DNA from: a virus
Lineage: Duplodnaviria; Caudoviricetes
Virus record (IMG/VR): IMGVR_UViG_3300020045_010087
Span: 1 to 39,168 of that record
Length of the DNA stretch: 39,168 nucleotides
Strand: one strand, 5' to 3'
Shown: piece after piece, positions 18,333 through 27,431 of the stretch
Layout: each line of letters opens with the position of its first letter
Position numbering within the stretch: position 1 is the first letter of the stretch
Translations under genes and position numbers: made by a program
Notes under the pieces: model-generated
Seen by the model: the letters and a program-made list of their open reading frames with translations, nothing else
Told to the model about the DNA's origin: nothing
Database searches by the model: none

Positions 18333-20090
18333 ATGGCTCAGTCATTAAAAGATTTCCCAGTACAAGACTTTTCTGGTGGTTTAGTAGTTAACAAGTCAGA
18401 CTACGAACTTGACCGTAATCAGTGCAAGCGTCTTATTAACTACGACATTGATGAACGGGGTAGACTAAAGACTCGCCGTGGCTACCAGCAATTCGGTACT
18501 GATTTAGCTGGTGTTCTTGATTCGGCAATAGCCCTTCGTGACCCAAGTTCTTATACCGCTGGCTTATTCTGGGTATTTGATAGAGGTTCAAATTCTAATG
18601 TATATTGTCTGCTTTCTAGTTCACTAGAAAATATATTAACTACAAGTGATACTACCGCTACTGTTGGTAGTACTACTGGATTCAAAGCCGCAACATCAAC
18701 AATTGAAATCGAAGGAGATATCATAACTTATACAGCTAAACCGAGTGGTACTACTTTCACAACTACGGCGAGTACGATATTAAAGCAACACAATGCTGGT
18801 TACGCAGTTAATCAATTCTCGGTGGCAACGGCAACTGGTATTGATTCAAGGTCTGGTTTATACACTTGTTCACTAGATAGTCAGTTATTTCTTTTCGGTA
18901 GGGGTGCGACAGTCAGAGTTACAAACTATGGTACTCCCGCATTTACTGGTGTAACGACTTCCGACGGCCTATTCTCCACTGTGTATAGAGATAGGATTTA
19001 TGTTGCCGGTAGTGGTGGTAGCGGAACTAATGCAGCAGTTAATCGCATTTCTTGGTCTAATGCTGGTACTGGTATCACTTGGACTACTACCGACTTCTTT
19101 GATGTTGAAGACCAGAACAAAGAGATAATCACAGGTTTACGCAATTACAAAGACCGTCTTCTTATTTTTAAACAAAACTCAATCTATTACTACGACGAGG
19201 TACAGATGAAGAAATTGACAGAAGATGTTGGTGCTTACAATCATCGTGTCGTTGAAGAAATCGATGGTATCCTTTACACCTTTTGTCCATCTGGTGTATT
19301 CAAGACTACGGGTGGAGACTCAAAGAAGATATCGGAACCCATTGAAGACATATTACGTAGATTTTACCCTAAGTACGACTCACAATACTCTCGCGTAATC
19401 AATAACTGCTGCTCTGCTCAGTACGAGAAAAAGTACATACTTTATCTTGGTAATATCTTTATGCCTTCAGCAGAGAATCAAGCAGAAACACTTCGTAGTG
19501 TTGCATTGGTTTATGATACAGAAAAAGATAATTGGACTATGTACACCTACGGTACGAATGTTACGTTCACAAGTTTTCTATCCACCAAGCTTTTAGTTGC
19601 TGGTGGTAATTCATCGGATAATAGAGTTCAGGCGATGCAATCACTTTTTGGTGTATCTGATGATGGATTTGTGTATCGTATGTTTGAAGACCGTCATATT
19701 GGTTTTGACTCTGCAAGTAACGTGCGCGGTGGAGATATCGTCGCTGATAAGATTGCAAACTCTCTTGGCACTCCAATATCAACCGATGTAGAAACACCAA
19801 TGTTTGACTTCGGCAATGCGAGCTGGTGGAAACGCTTTGGGTTCCTCCGTATGCTTGTCGAGCAAGGCGACTTCAATGTGTCGTATAAATTAGATAAAGG
19901 TGACTATATTACTGACCCGGTATCTCTAGGAAATTTTACTAAACCAAATAAACGAGAGCGATTCATAGACAATGAAGGATTTAGAGTAGGTCTTCGCATT
20001 ACCTCTAACCAACTAGCGAATCGCGGTAAGACCAATGGATTTATCCTAGAAGACAATGAAGCAATCTCAAAGCAAGAACGAAGAAGTTAA
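18333..20090 (+). CDS. Tail nozzle/stabilisation protein (P22 gp10 / T7 gp12-like beta-propeller)
   Basis: DFSGGL...N...G.LKTRRG, YRDRIYVAG, ISWS, ITGL...LLIFKQNSIY, WWKRF. Confidence 0.8.
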   Translation: MAQSLKDFPVQDFSGGLVVNKSDYELDRNQCKRLINYDIDERGRLKTRRGYQQFGTDLAGVLDSAIALRDPSSYTAGLFWVFDRGSNSNVYCLLSSSLENILTTSDTTATVGSTTGFKAATSTIEIEGDIITYTAKPSGTTFTTTASTILKQHNAGYAVNQFSVATATGIDSRSGLYTCSLDSQLFLFGRGATVRVTNYGTPAFTGVTTSDGLFSTVYRDRIYVAGSGGSGTNAAVNRISWSNAGTGITWTTTDFFDVEDQNKEIITGLRNYKDRLLIFKQNSIYYYDEVQMKKLTEDVGAYNHRVVEEIDGILYTFCPSGVFKTTGGDSKKISEPIEDILRRFYPKYDSQYSRVINNCCSAQYEKKYILYLGNIFMPSAENQAETLRSVALVYDTEKDNWTMYTYGTNVTFTSFLSTKLLVAGGNSSDNRVQAMQSLFGVSDDGFVYRMFEDRHIGFDSASNVRGGDIVADKIANSLGTPISTDVETPMFDFGNASWWKRFGFLRMLVEQGDFNVSYKLDKGDYITDPVSLGNFTKPNKRERFIDNEGFRVGLRITSNQLANRGKTNGFILEDNEAISKQERRS

Positions 20091-20718
20091 AACTGAAAAG
20101 TTTGAGGAACTTCAGAAACCTAGCGCTAGGGTTATTAGTGATAATCTACCACGTGAGAACACGGAGGAATCAATTCCACTATTTAGGCTAATGCCACCAG
20201 CGACTCCTGTTGTCGGGCGGCCAATCAAGCTGCGCGACATATTCACTATCAGTGGAACCTTGAAGTCCGAGGGTTCAGTGGTAACGGTTGCTGGCAACGT
20301 GAGCGAAACAACACTGAAATCATTCCAGTTTTTAATTAATGAATGGTATATTGGGACAACGGTTCGTGTTCATGCTGCCGGTGTATATACAACTGATGAC
20401 GCCTCATCAAATGTTGCCATTAAGCTAAAGGTAGGTTCAACCACATATCATACCGTTACTACGTCTGCCGGTACCACAACAAGTGCGCCGTGGTGTTTAG
20501 ATTGGACATTTATTGTGACCGCATTGGGAGCCACCGGAACCGCTGAGTCGTATGTTTCTGCTAAGACCAACAACACAAATAAAGACTCAGGTGGAACTGC
20601 TGCTATAACCTTAGATACTACCGCACAACAGTTGCTTGCCATTACTGCCACTTGGGCTTCGGGAGACGCCGCTGACTCCATATCTATTCGTCAGTTTATA
20701 ATAAAAATAGAGCGATAA
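20056..20718 (+). CDS. Putative tail-associated structural protein
   Basis: Follows the nozzle; C-terminal beta-sandwich similar to 12135. Confidence 0.7.
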   Translation: MKQSQSKNEEVKTEKFEELQKPSARVISDNLPRENTEESIPLFRLMPPATPVVGRPIKLRDIFTISGTLKSEGSVVTVAGNVSETTLKSFQFLINEWYIGTTVRVHAAGVYTTDDASSNVAIKLKVGSTTYHTVTTSAGTTTSAPWCLDWTFIVTALGATGTAESYVSAKTNNTNKDSGGTAAITLDTTAQQLLAITATWASGDAADSISIRQFIIKIER

Positions 20719-20729
20719 TGTGTTATAAT
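20719..20729 (+). promoter_or_regulatory. Extended -10 promoter (TGTGTTATAAT)
   Basis: Recurrent motif 11 nt before ATG 20741. Confidence 0.65.
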
Positions 20730-20740
20730 AAAGTAACTCT

Positions 20741-21937
20741 ATGCCAATAAATCCGACCTCTGTAGTTGATTTCCTTAAAAAACGCGGCTTCCAACCCGGA
20801 ACTAATGAACAGTTCCCCTTATTTGATTTCCGCAAAGACATTTATTCTCGTGCTGGGTTAACTCCTGAGAAGGGCGATGAGTTCCGTGGTACTCCTACGG
20901 AGAATATGAACCTGCTTAATCTCCTAAGTAGCGCTGAACAAAAGCGAGGAATTTCAATAAATCCGAATAATATTAATGACTTCATCTCTTCTTCAAGAGC
21001 TGCTGGCACAATGGCTCCTAATGGCTCCGTAATAGCCCCTGAGCCTGGTTCTGCGCCATCGGCTACTGGTTTAGTAGGTAGTGCCTATAGTCAACCGAAC
21101 CAGCTCACGCCAGAGCAAATTGCTAGTCAGGCGTATGATGAGGTTACTGGCTCAATGACGTTTCCTTTCCAAAAGGAGGCTGTCGAGGCTGAAAAGTCTT
21201 CGCTTGCTCTTAACGCTCAAGCAGAGAAAGAAAAACTCATCAACAATCTTGCTTCACGCGGCCTTATATTCTCTGGCAAAAAGACTACCGGACTTGAGTC
21301 TATTGATGCTGATTTAGTTGCTCGTACACTTGGTGTTGACCGTAAGTTCGCCCTTCTTATTGCTAGCGGCCTTGAATCTTCTGCTCAGAAGATTGCTAAA
21401 GAAGCGCAAGCTGGTAATCAAGATGCACTCACGTCGCTGCGTGCCCTTGGTTATGACATAAACCCGATTACGGGGACTATCGAACAAACCCTAGCTGCTC
21501 GTAATGCCGATGCAACTGCGCAGCGTGCAGAAAAATCTGCGGCAATCGCAGAGCGTAGATTACAATTAGCTGAAGAATCCGCAGCTCGTACTGCTGCGGA
21601 TGTTAAGTCTACATTCTCAAGTACCCAAATTAATACTGGCGCTTCTAACGCTGGTAAAACTATCAGTGACTTCAAGAAGTTAGACCCTGATACGCAAAAC
21701 TTCTATATAAATAACGGCGATAAAGTCGATAAAATTAAGAAGCAAATAAGCGACGATTTTTCTGCTGGTGTTGCGCCATCTGAAATAGAGTCTGCTGTAG
21801 TCGGAGCGTTAGAGCTAGCTAATGTACCTCCTGATGCGAAATTAAATATTCTTAACCATTTATCAAAAACATTGCCACTCGATAAGACCGGTAACAAAGC
21901 AATCCCTTGGTATAATCCAGCTAGTTGGTTTCAATAG
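20741..21937 (+). CDS. Putative internal virion/DNA ejection protein
   Basis: Ala/Gln-rich helical protein with NLASRGLIFSG; position typical of podoviral ejection genes. Confidence 0.65.
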   Translation: MPINPTSVVDFLKKRGFQPGTNEQFPLFDFRKDIYSRAGLTPEKGDEFRGTPTENMNLLNLLSSAEQKRGISINPNNINDFISSSRAAGTMAPNGSVIAPEPGSAPSATGLVGSAYSQPNQLTPEQIASQAYDEVTGSMTFPFQKEAVEAEKSSLALNAQAEKEKLINNLASRGLIFSGKKTTGLESIDADLVARTLGVDRKFALLIASGLESSAQKIAKEAQAGNQDALTSLRALGYDINPITGTIEQTLAARNADATAQRAEKSAAIAERRLQLAEESAARTAADVKSTFSSTQINTGASNAGKTISDFKKLDPDTQNFYINNGDKVDKIKKQISDDFSAGVAPSEIESAVVGALELANVPPDAKLNILNHLSKTLPLDKTGNKAIPWYNPASWFQ

Positions 21938-21943
21938 AACCCT

Positions 21944-24900
21944 ATGGGAGTATATGACGACATTTTAAAGACAATAACAACTATCAAGCCTACTCAACCA
22001 AAGGCTCCTGCTTTAAGTATCGTAAATACACTCAATCCTGAGAGTACTCAGCAACTCTACAGCTCCCCAAATCCATATCAAGGAACAGGTGAGCGCACTG
22101 ACATTCGATTGCCGTATAGCAAAGATAAAACGATAGCAGTTCCTTCAGGGCTAACCTCATTTCTTGTCTCATCTGCTTTTCGATTTTCGGAACTACCAGT
22201 GACTATTCCAATAGCCACTCTACAGCAAGTAGAATCTATTCGCGCTGGAGTGACAAGTGCAACTAAAGGACCTAATGCTCCTGGCGCAGTAGAGAAACCG
22301 ATTGGACCTATCAACATCCGTTCCAGGGTTGGACTCGGCCCGAACGACCTTTCAATAGCTCAGAATACAATTAGTGGTTTTGAAGAGAACATAAAGATTC
22401 GACCACCAAAAACAAATGGCGATTTATTTCAATCGGCCATGACCGCATATCTTGTGCACGGTCTTCCTCAAACATTGGATATTTTCGGTGGTCTCCAAAT
22501 AGGTGAAGGATTTGCCAAAGACTTCTTAAAAGTTTCCGCTTACGATAAATTATTTACTCAAGCATTAGACCGTCAAGGATTACGCGTGTCTTATGATAAT
22601 CCAAGACAGTTCCTATCCGAATGGGTAAAACGTACTCAGGAAACCGCTAACAATCTTATGGCGACTGGCGATAAGAAGGGACTAGCTCAGTTAGCTCAAG
22701 ACACCGGCATCATCGTTGACCGGTTAGCGAAGGTTGCTGGAGGCGAAGACGTGAAGGTTCAAGCAAGAGGTTTAATGGACTATTTACAAAAAGGTGCCGA
22801 TGCCCTTGTGTCTCCACTAGGAAAGAAACCTATTGAGTTCCCCGTTTCTGGTACTAAAAATGCCCTCCCTGGATATGCTCCTGCCGAAGAGTTTCGTTAC
22901 GCTCCTCAACGTGGTGGCGTTGGTATACCTGATGAACCAGTTGGTTTCGGTACACCGGAGAAGGCCGACATCAATCAGATGGCTAGACTCTTGGGAGTTG
23001 ATGACGCTCAGATAAAATGGACACAGCAACCAACCCTTTCGTCTGGCAGGGCAGCCTTTGACATTATCGGCGTGAAAGATATAGGAACTGCCGTGTCTAA
23101 GATTAAGGAAATTGGTTTTACAAATATCACTACTATACCAAAAAGTACTGGCAACTCTGGTGTAGGCGACAGTTGGACTGTGGTAGCTGATGCTTCCCCT
23201 GAGTTTTATAAGAAGTTTGGTATTCAAAAACTAGAACAAAACGTTAGGAAACAAATTCCTAGTGCCTCTTCAGCCAGCTCACCAGCGGTTCAAGGAGTGG
23301 CATCAACAGAAAATATATTGCAATCACTACGAATAGAACAGCAATCCCGTGGACAATTACCTCAAGGAGGAAATGTATCATTACCTTCCAGTATAGAGCA
23401 ACAAGTTGCTTCTGTCAATAGGGTTATTGAAACTTTGAAAGCAGCGGAACCATTGCGTGGTAAACAAGAGACTCTCTATTCGCAGGAACGAGCAGCTCGT
23501 TTAGCTAAATCACAAAAGGTTGCTAAAGAAACTTCTGGTGAAAAAGGTTTCTACTCAGAGCTGGGCCAACTCAAGGGCGAACTTCCGAAGGTTCAATTTG
23601 AAGCAATTCGCTCTAAGCTTACCCAAGAAGATATAGATAACCTATTTAATATGATTAAGGATAGTCGCAAACTGAATGAATGGGATAAGATTGCTGCACG
23701 TAAAGGTTTGGCGAAGCTCTTTGGCGAATACGGTGGCACGGTACCAACTGAAGGAGAAATCGCCCTACTTAATAAAGCTCTTGGTCCCGAGTTCACCAAT
23801 GCGATTCTAGATAAGCGGACTCTCTTCACCAAATTCAAAGAGCTGGGATTGCAATTAGCGAACCTCCCTCGTTCCTTAATGGCATCTTTCGACATGAGCG
23901 CTCCTTTTAGACAAGGACTATTCTTTGTCGGCAGACCGAAACAATTCTTTAGTGCTTTTGCTGACATGGTAAAAGCATTCGGAAGTGAGAAAACTTTTCA
24001 AGCGATTCAAGAGTCGATTATTCGACGTCCTACATATGAGCTTATGCGCGATAGCAAGCTCGCTATTATGGAGATGGACCGCATTCTATCCACCCGCGAG
24101 GAAGCGTTTATGTCAAACATTGCCGAGAAGATTCCTGGAGTAGGTATTGGCGTCCGCGCATCTGGAAGAGCGTACTCTGCTTTTTTAAATAAACTTCGTG
24201 CAGATGTGTTCGACGATTTAATTGAAAGGGCTGACTCTCTTGGCTTAAAACCTAAAAGTAATATAGACCTTGCTCACTCGATAGCCAATTACATTAATAC
24301 CGCAACTGGACGTGGTTCAATAGGAAGTTTAGAACGGGCAGCTCCTATCTTGATGAACATATTCTTCTCACCGAGACTATTAGCTTCACGCCTGAATCTT
24401 TTAAATCCAATTTACTATGCAAAACAAGACCCGTTTGTTCGTAAAGAGGCTTTAAAGGATTTATTTAAGCTTACAGGAGTATTGTTATCAGTACTCGGAT
24501 TAGCTAAGTTGGCTGGCGCTGAAGTGTCTGATGACCCAACCAATTCAGATTTCGGTAAGATAAAGATTGGCGATACCCGCGTTGATATCGCTGGTGGTTT
24601 CCAGCAGTATCTTGTTCTTGCCTCTCGTCTTGTAACTGGCAAGATGACAAGTTCGACTACTGGGAAGCCATATACTCTTGGCGAAGGATATAAACCAACC
24701 ACCCGTTTCGATATTTTAATGAACTTTATACAAAATAAAGAAGCGCCTATTCCTGCGCTCTTTACCCGTATTCTTAAAGGACAAGACGCGGTTGGAAAAC
24801 CAATAGACCTACCTAAAGAAGTAGGTAAGTTGTTTATACCAATCCTTATGCAAGACCTTTACGAATTATCACAATCCGACCCAAAATTATTGCCTCTAGT

Positions 24901-24976
24901 TATTCCAGCTTTCTTTGGCTCAGGAGTTCAGACCTACGAGAAGACAAAACCAAAGGCTAGTCGCTACTCGCTTTAG
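21944..24976 (+). CDS. Large internal virion/DNA ejection protein
   Basis: 1010 aa helical, last gene of the virion operon; hydrophobic segment then DP..SDFGKIKIG..R.D and C-terminal FFG.GVQTY. Confidence 0.7.
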   Translation: MGVYDDILKTITTIKPTQPKAPALSIVNTLNPESTQQLYSSPNPYQGTGERTDIRLPYSKDKTIAVPSGLTSFLVSSAFRFSELPVTIPIATLQQVESIRAGVTSATKGPNAPGAVEKPIGPINIRSRVGLGPNDLSIAQNTISGFEENIKIRPPKTNGDLFQSAMTAYLVHGLPQTLDIFGGLQIGEGFAKDFLKVSAYDKLFTQALDRQGLRVSYDNPRQFLSEWVKRTQETANNLMATGDKKGLAQLAQDTGIIVDRLAKVAGGEDVKVQARGLMDYLQKGADALVSPLGKKPIEFPVSGTKNALPGYAPAEEFRYAPQRGGVGIPDEPVGFGTPEKADINQMARLLGVDDAQIKWTQQPTLSSGRAAFDIIGVKDIGTAVSKIKEIGFTNITTIPKSTGNSGVGDSWTVVADASPEFYKKFGIQKLEQNVRKQIPSASSASSPAVQGVASTENILQSLRIEQQSRGQLPQGGNVSLPSSIEQQVASVNRVIETLKAAEPLRGKQETLYSQERAARLAKSQKVAKETSGEKGFYSELGQLKGELPKVQFEAIRSKLTQEDIDNLFNMIKDSRKLNEWDKIAARKGLAKLFGEYGGTVPTEGEIALLNKALGPEFTNAILDKRTLFTKFKELGLQLANLPRSLMASFDMSAPFRQGLFFVGRPKQFFSAFADMVKAFGSEKTFQAIQESIIRRPTYELMRDSKLAIMEMDRILSTREEAFMSNIAEKIPGVGIGVRASGRAYSAFLNKLRADVFDDLIERADSLGLKPKSNIDLAHSIANYINTATGRGSIGSLERAAPILMNIFFSPRLLASRLNLLNPIYYAKQDPFVRKEALKDLFKLTGVLLSVLGLAKLAGAEVSDDPTNSDFGKIKIGDTRVDIAGGFQQYLVLASRLVTGKMTSSTTGKPYTLGEGYKPTTRFDILMNFIQNKEAPIPALFTRILKGQDAVGKPIDLPKEVGKLFIPILMQDLYELSQSDPKLLPLVIPAFFGSGVQTYEKTKPKASRYSL
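23259..23381 (-). CDS. Nested antisense 40-aa membrane microprotein
   Basis: MIHFLLEVIVHGIAVLFVVIAIYFLLMPLLEPLVSWLKRH; ATG lies 8 nt after a near-consensus promoter. Confidence 0.6.
   Translation of the reverse strand: MIHFLLEVIVHGIAVLFVVIAIYFLLMPLLEPLVSWLKRH
23390..23418 (-). promoter_or_regulatory. Sigma70 promoter TTGACA-N17-TATACT with CAAC-N2-GTTG palindrome (23399-23408)
   Basis: Read directly on the minus strand inside the 1010-aa gene. Confidence 0.75.
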
Positions 24977-26084
24977 GACTACGCTTATATACGTAGTCTC
25001 CTAGATACTTGTTTATGAAGTTCTCAAGTTCCTTTTGTGTTTCCGATTCGTTATAGAACTTTTGAGCTACAGAAGAACCTTCAGACAAATTCTTTAACCA
25101 AGTATCGTGGAATACAAGGAAACCAGAGTTTCCTTTGCCGAACTTTTCTATATTCTTCTTTTCCCACGGGCGCTCAACAATTAAACCATTAAAGGTTGTC
25201 TTTGCCTTCGACTGTACTAGCGCTCGGCGTTTTTCAGAAGAGCGCTTGGCTTCAACCATTAGCTTATCAAGAACATCCTTCCTGTTCTTACGTAGGTAGT
25301 TGATGTAAGTACGCTCCATCCACCAGTCAGCTCCTAGGGAGTAAGAGCAGGCAAAGACGTTGTGTATGTAGTCGTCGTGAACATATGAGTATCCGCGCTC
25401 AGATGATAAGTGATAGGCATTAATGCGTGGTTCAGTTACCGAAGAGTAACCAGCCATCCACCAAAGGGTATCGAGGTACATTTCGCCTCCACCGTAGCAA
25501 CGGTTTTCAATGTAGCCACCCAATTCATCAAATTGACTCTTGAGTACACCTAAAGAACAGTGACCCATAGCAGGAACATAGAACCAATCATTACCATCAC
25601 CGACTAGATAGTTATTCCATGTACCCTTAAATTCCTCACCGAGCTTCCACGAATAACCGTAACCCTTCTCTGGTGGGAATGAACCTATCCATGCTACGGC
25701 TGGGTGCACGATACCGCCGCTCTCATCAATCGTTTGTATCCAACGCTTGAATGTACCTGGTCCATAGTACATGTGGGCGTCAGAAAAGAAGACGTATTTG
25801 CCTTGAGCTTTAGATACTCCGAAGTTACGAGCTCCCACATTCGATGCCGTCGGGTAGTAGAACGTCTTAATCATTCCGTTGTAGAACATACCTCGAGCCT
25901 TGAGAAAGTCAGTAGTACCGCCTAAACCGCGCCGCTCGTTACGGTCATCAGAAAGATTGTCTACGAGGATTACCTCAAATTCTCCTAGTGGGATGAAGCT
26001 CGCTAAATCTTCCAAAATACAATGTACTGTATAGAGGATACTTGGATACTCATTGCGACAGGAGATAATTACTGATGCAATCAT
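24957..26084 (-). CDS. GT-A glycosyltransferase resembling polypeptide N-acetylgalactosaminyltransferases (GT27-like/GT2)
   Basis: SVII..RNE, EVILVD, ARNFG, FFSDAH (DxH), GYSW.L, VPAMG, FDELGGY, YGGGE, WWMAG...PR...YH. Confidence 0.8.
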   Translation of the reverse strand: MIASVIISCRNEYPSILYTVHCILEDLASFIPLGEFEVILVDNLSDDRNERRGLGGTTDFLKARGMFYNGMIKTFYYPTASNVGARNFGVSKAQGKYVFFSDAHMYYGPGTFKRWIQTIDESGGIVHPAVAWIGSFPPEKGYGYSWKLGEEFKGTWNNYLVGDGNDWFYVPAMGHCSLGVLKSQFDELGGYIENRCYGGGEMYLDTLWWMAGYSSVTEPRINAYHLSSERGYSYVHDDYIHNVFACSYSLGADWWMERTYINYLRKNRKDVLDKLMVEAKRSSEKRRALVQSKAKTTFNGLIVERPWEKKNIEKFGKGNSGFLVFHDTWLKNLSEGSSVAQKFYNESETQKELENFINKYLGDYVYKRSPKASSD

Positions 26085-26935
26085 TAAAGTTTACACATTG
26101 CCACCATTGGCGTTATATCTGTGTCATTTGAAACTGGATTCAACGAATAGTCAGCTAGCTTAACATCTGAGAAGTATGGTTTCAGTGCAGCTAAGAATTC
26201 TTGACTTGTCGGTTCAAAAACATGATGCGGATTGCGAGGTCTATCTTTAGCAATTTTTTCTGAGTTCCGATTAGGAGTAGATATAAACAATACCGATTTA
26301 GGAGTCATTAGTTTCTTACAGAACGCAAGCAACTTCTGATACTCCTTGAGATGCTCAAAGACTTCGATGCAGGTAAGAAAGTCGAACTTCATAAACTCCC
26401 TTGTCTCGCTCGTAACATCGACTACCTGGAAGTCTATTTGTGGGCTCCAATAGATATTGTTTTTCTCTCGCATGAATAACTGATTGGCCCAGTTAATACC
26501 CTCCTCATTCTTATCTATGCCAAGTACGTAGTCTGCTTCCTGCGAAAGAATGTTTGAGCCGATACCAAGACCGCAACCTATATCACATACCGTTGGTTTC
26601 CAAATAAACTTAGGATATTGAATGTTCTTAGTGACACATTCGTTCCGCATCCAGTTCTTAATTGCGTTATATAAAGTTCGCTGTGCTTCAGGCATAACCA
26701 GTCCCATTCCCTTGAAGCGGCCGTGCATACGTGAAACCATGTCTATTTCGTCGGCTTCTTCGTTCTCATGGTAGTGAGGGTCAGTTACCACAGAAGACCC
26801 TTCCTGGGGCATTTCAGAGGCTATTTCCGTGGCTTTACGGGCGTTCTCGGCCTCAATAAGGTTGTAGCACTCACCACAGAGGAGATTAACGTAGTCTTCG
26901 GGTATTTCTTTAGAGCAGCGTTCGCAGTATTTCAT
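26084..26935 (-). CDS. SAM-dependent methyltransferase with N-terminal Zn finger
   Basis: CERC...CGEC; VCDIGCGLGIG, GIDKN, TCIEVFEHL, ISTPNR. Confidence 0.9.
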   Translation of the reverse strand: MKYCERCSKEIPEDYVNLLCGECYNLIEAENARKATEIASEMPQEGSSVVTDPHYHENEEADEIDMVSRMHGRFKGMGLVMPEAQRTLYNAIKNWMRNECVTKNIQYPKFIWKPTVCDIGCGLGIGSNILSQEADYVLGIDKNEEGINWANQLFMREKNNIYWSPQIDFQVVDVTSETREFMKFDFLTCIEVFEHLKEYQKLLAFCKKLMTPKSVLFISTPNRNSEKIAKDRPRNPHHVFEPTSQEFLAALKPYFSDVKLADYSLNPVSNDTDITPMVAMCKL

Positions 26936-26939
26936 GTTA

Positions 26940-27104
26940 TTAGAGGTCTTTATAATTGTATTGTCCGCCTTTGATTAAGAAACTTCCTTTCTCTTTTTCT
27001 TCGCCTGCTTCTTTCTTATCCTCACCGCACTCACACATAAAAGTATTCTCTACCACGTCGTTAATCTTCCCACTGAAAATAAACTTCCACTTGTGTTCGT
27101 GCAT
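26940..27104 (-). CDS. 54-aa hypothetical protein
   Basis: MHEHKWKF...CECGE; fills the operon gap (read by hand). Confidence 0.55.
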   Translation of the reverse strand: MHEHKWKFIFSGKINDVVENTFMCECGEDKKEAGEEKEKGSFLIKGGQYNYKDL

Positions 27105-27108
27105 AAGG

Positions 27109-27243
27109 TTAAATCTTCATTCGTTCAATTCTATTTAAACGATTGTACCAATCCTTAACCTGGCGCATACCATACTTATCAGGCTCAGTACCATGCTGCT
27201 GCTTATAACGCTCTCTAAGTTTTTTTACCTTTGTTTTCCTCAT
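27109..27243 (-). CDS. 44-aa basic hypothetical protein
   Basis: MRKTKVKKLRERYK...; overlaps the end of the upstream ORF (read by hand). Confidence 0.5.
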   Translation of the reverse strand: MRKTKVKKLRERYKQQHGTEPDKYGMRQVKDWYNRLNRIERMKI

Positions 27244-27430
27244 ACTTTTTGATTAGTCCTAGTAAATGATTCTTCATCTCGATGCCGCACTTATTACATA
27301 AATCTCGCGAGTGCGCTGATGGTTGTGTTTGACCTTTCAATAACGACATCTCCATAGTCTCAAACCGAGCCACAAGTTCCCCTCCTTTCATCTCTTCTTT
27401 GCAACAGTCACAGTAAATTTTTATGCTCAT
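27215..27430 (-). CDS. Small Zn-finger protein
   Basis: YCDCC...DLCNKC. Confidence 0.7.
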   Translation of the reverse strand: MSIKIYCDCCKEEMKGGELVARFETMEMSLLKGQTQPSAHSRDLCNKCGIEMKNHLLGLIKKYEENKGKKT

Positions 27431-27431
27431 A

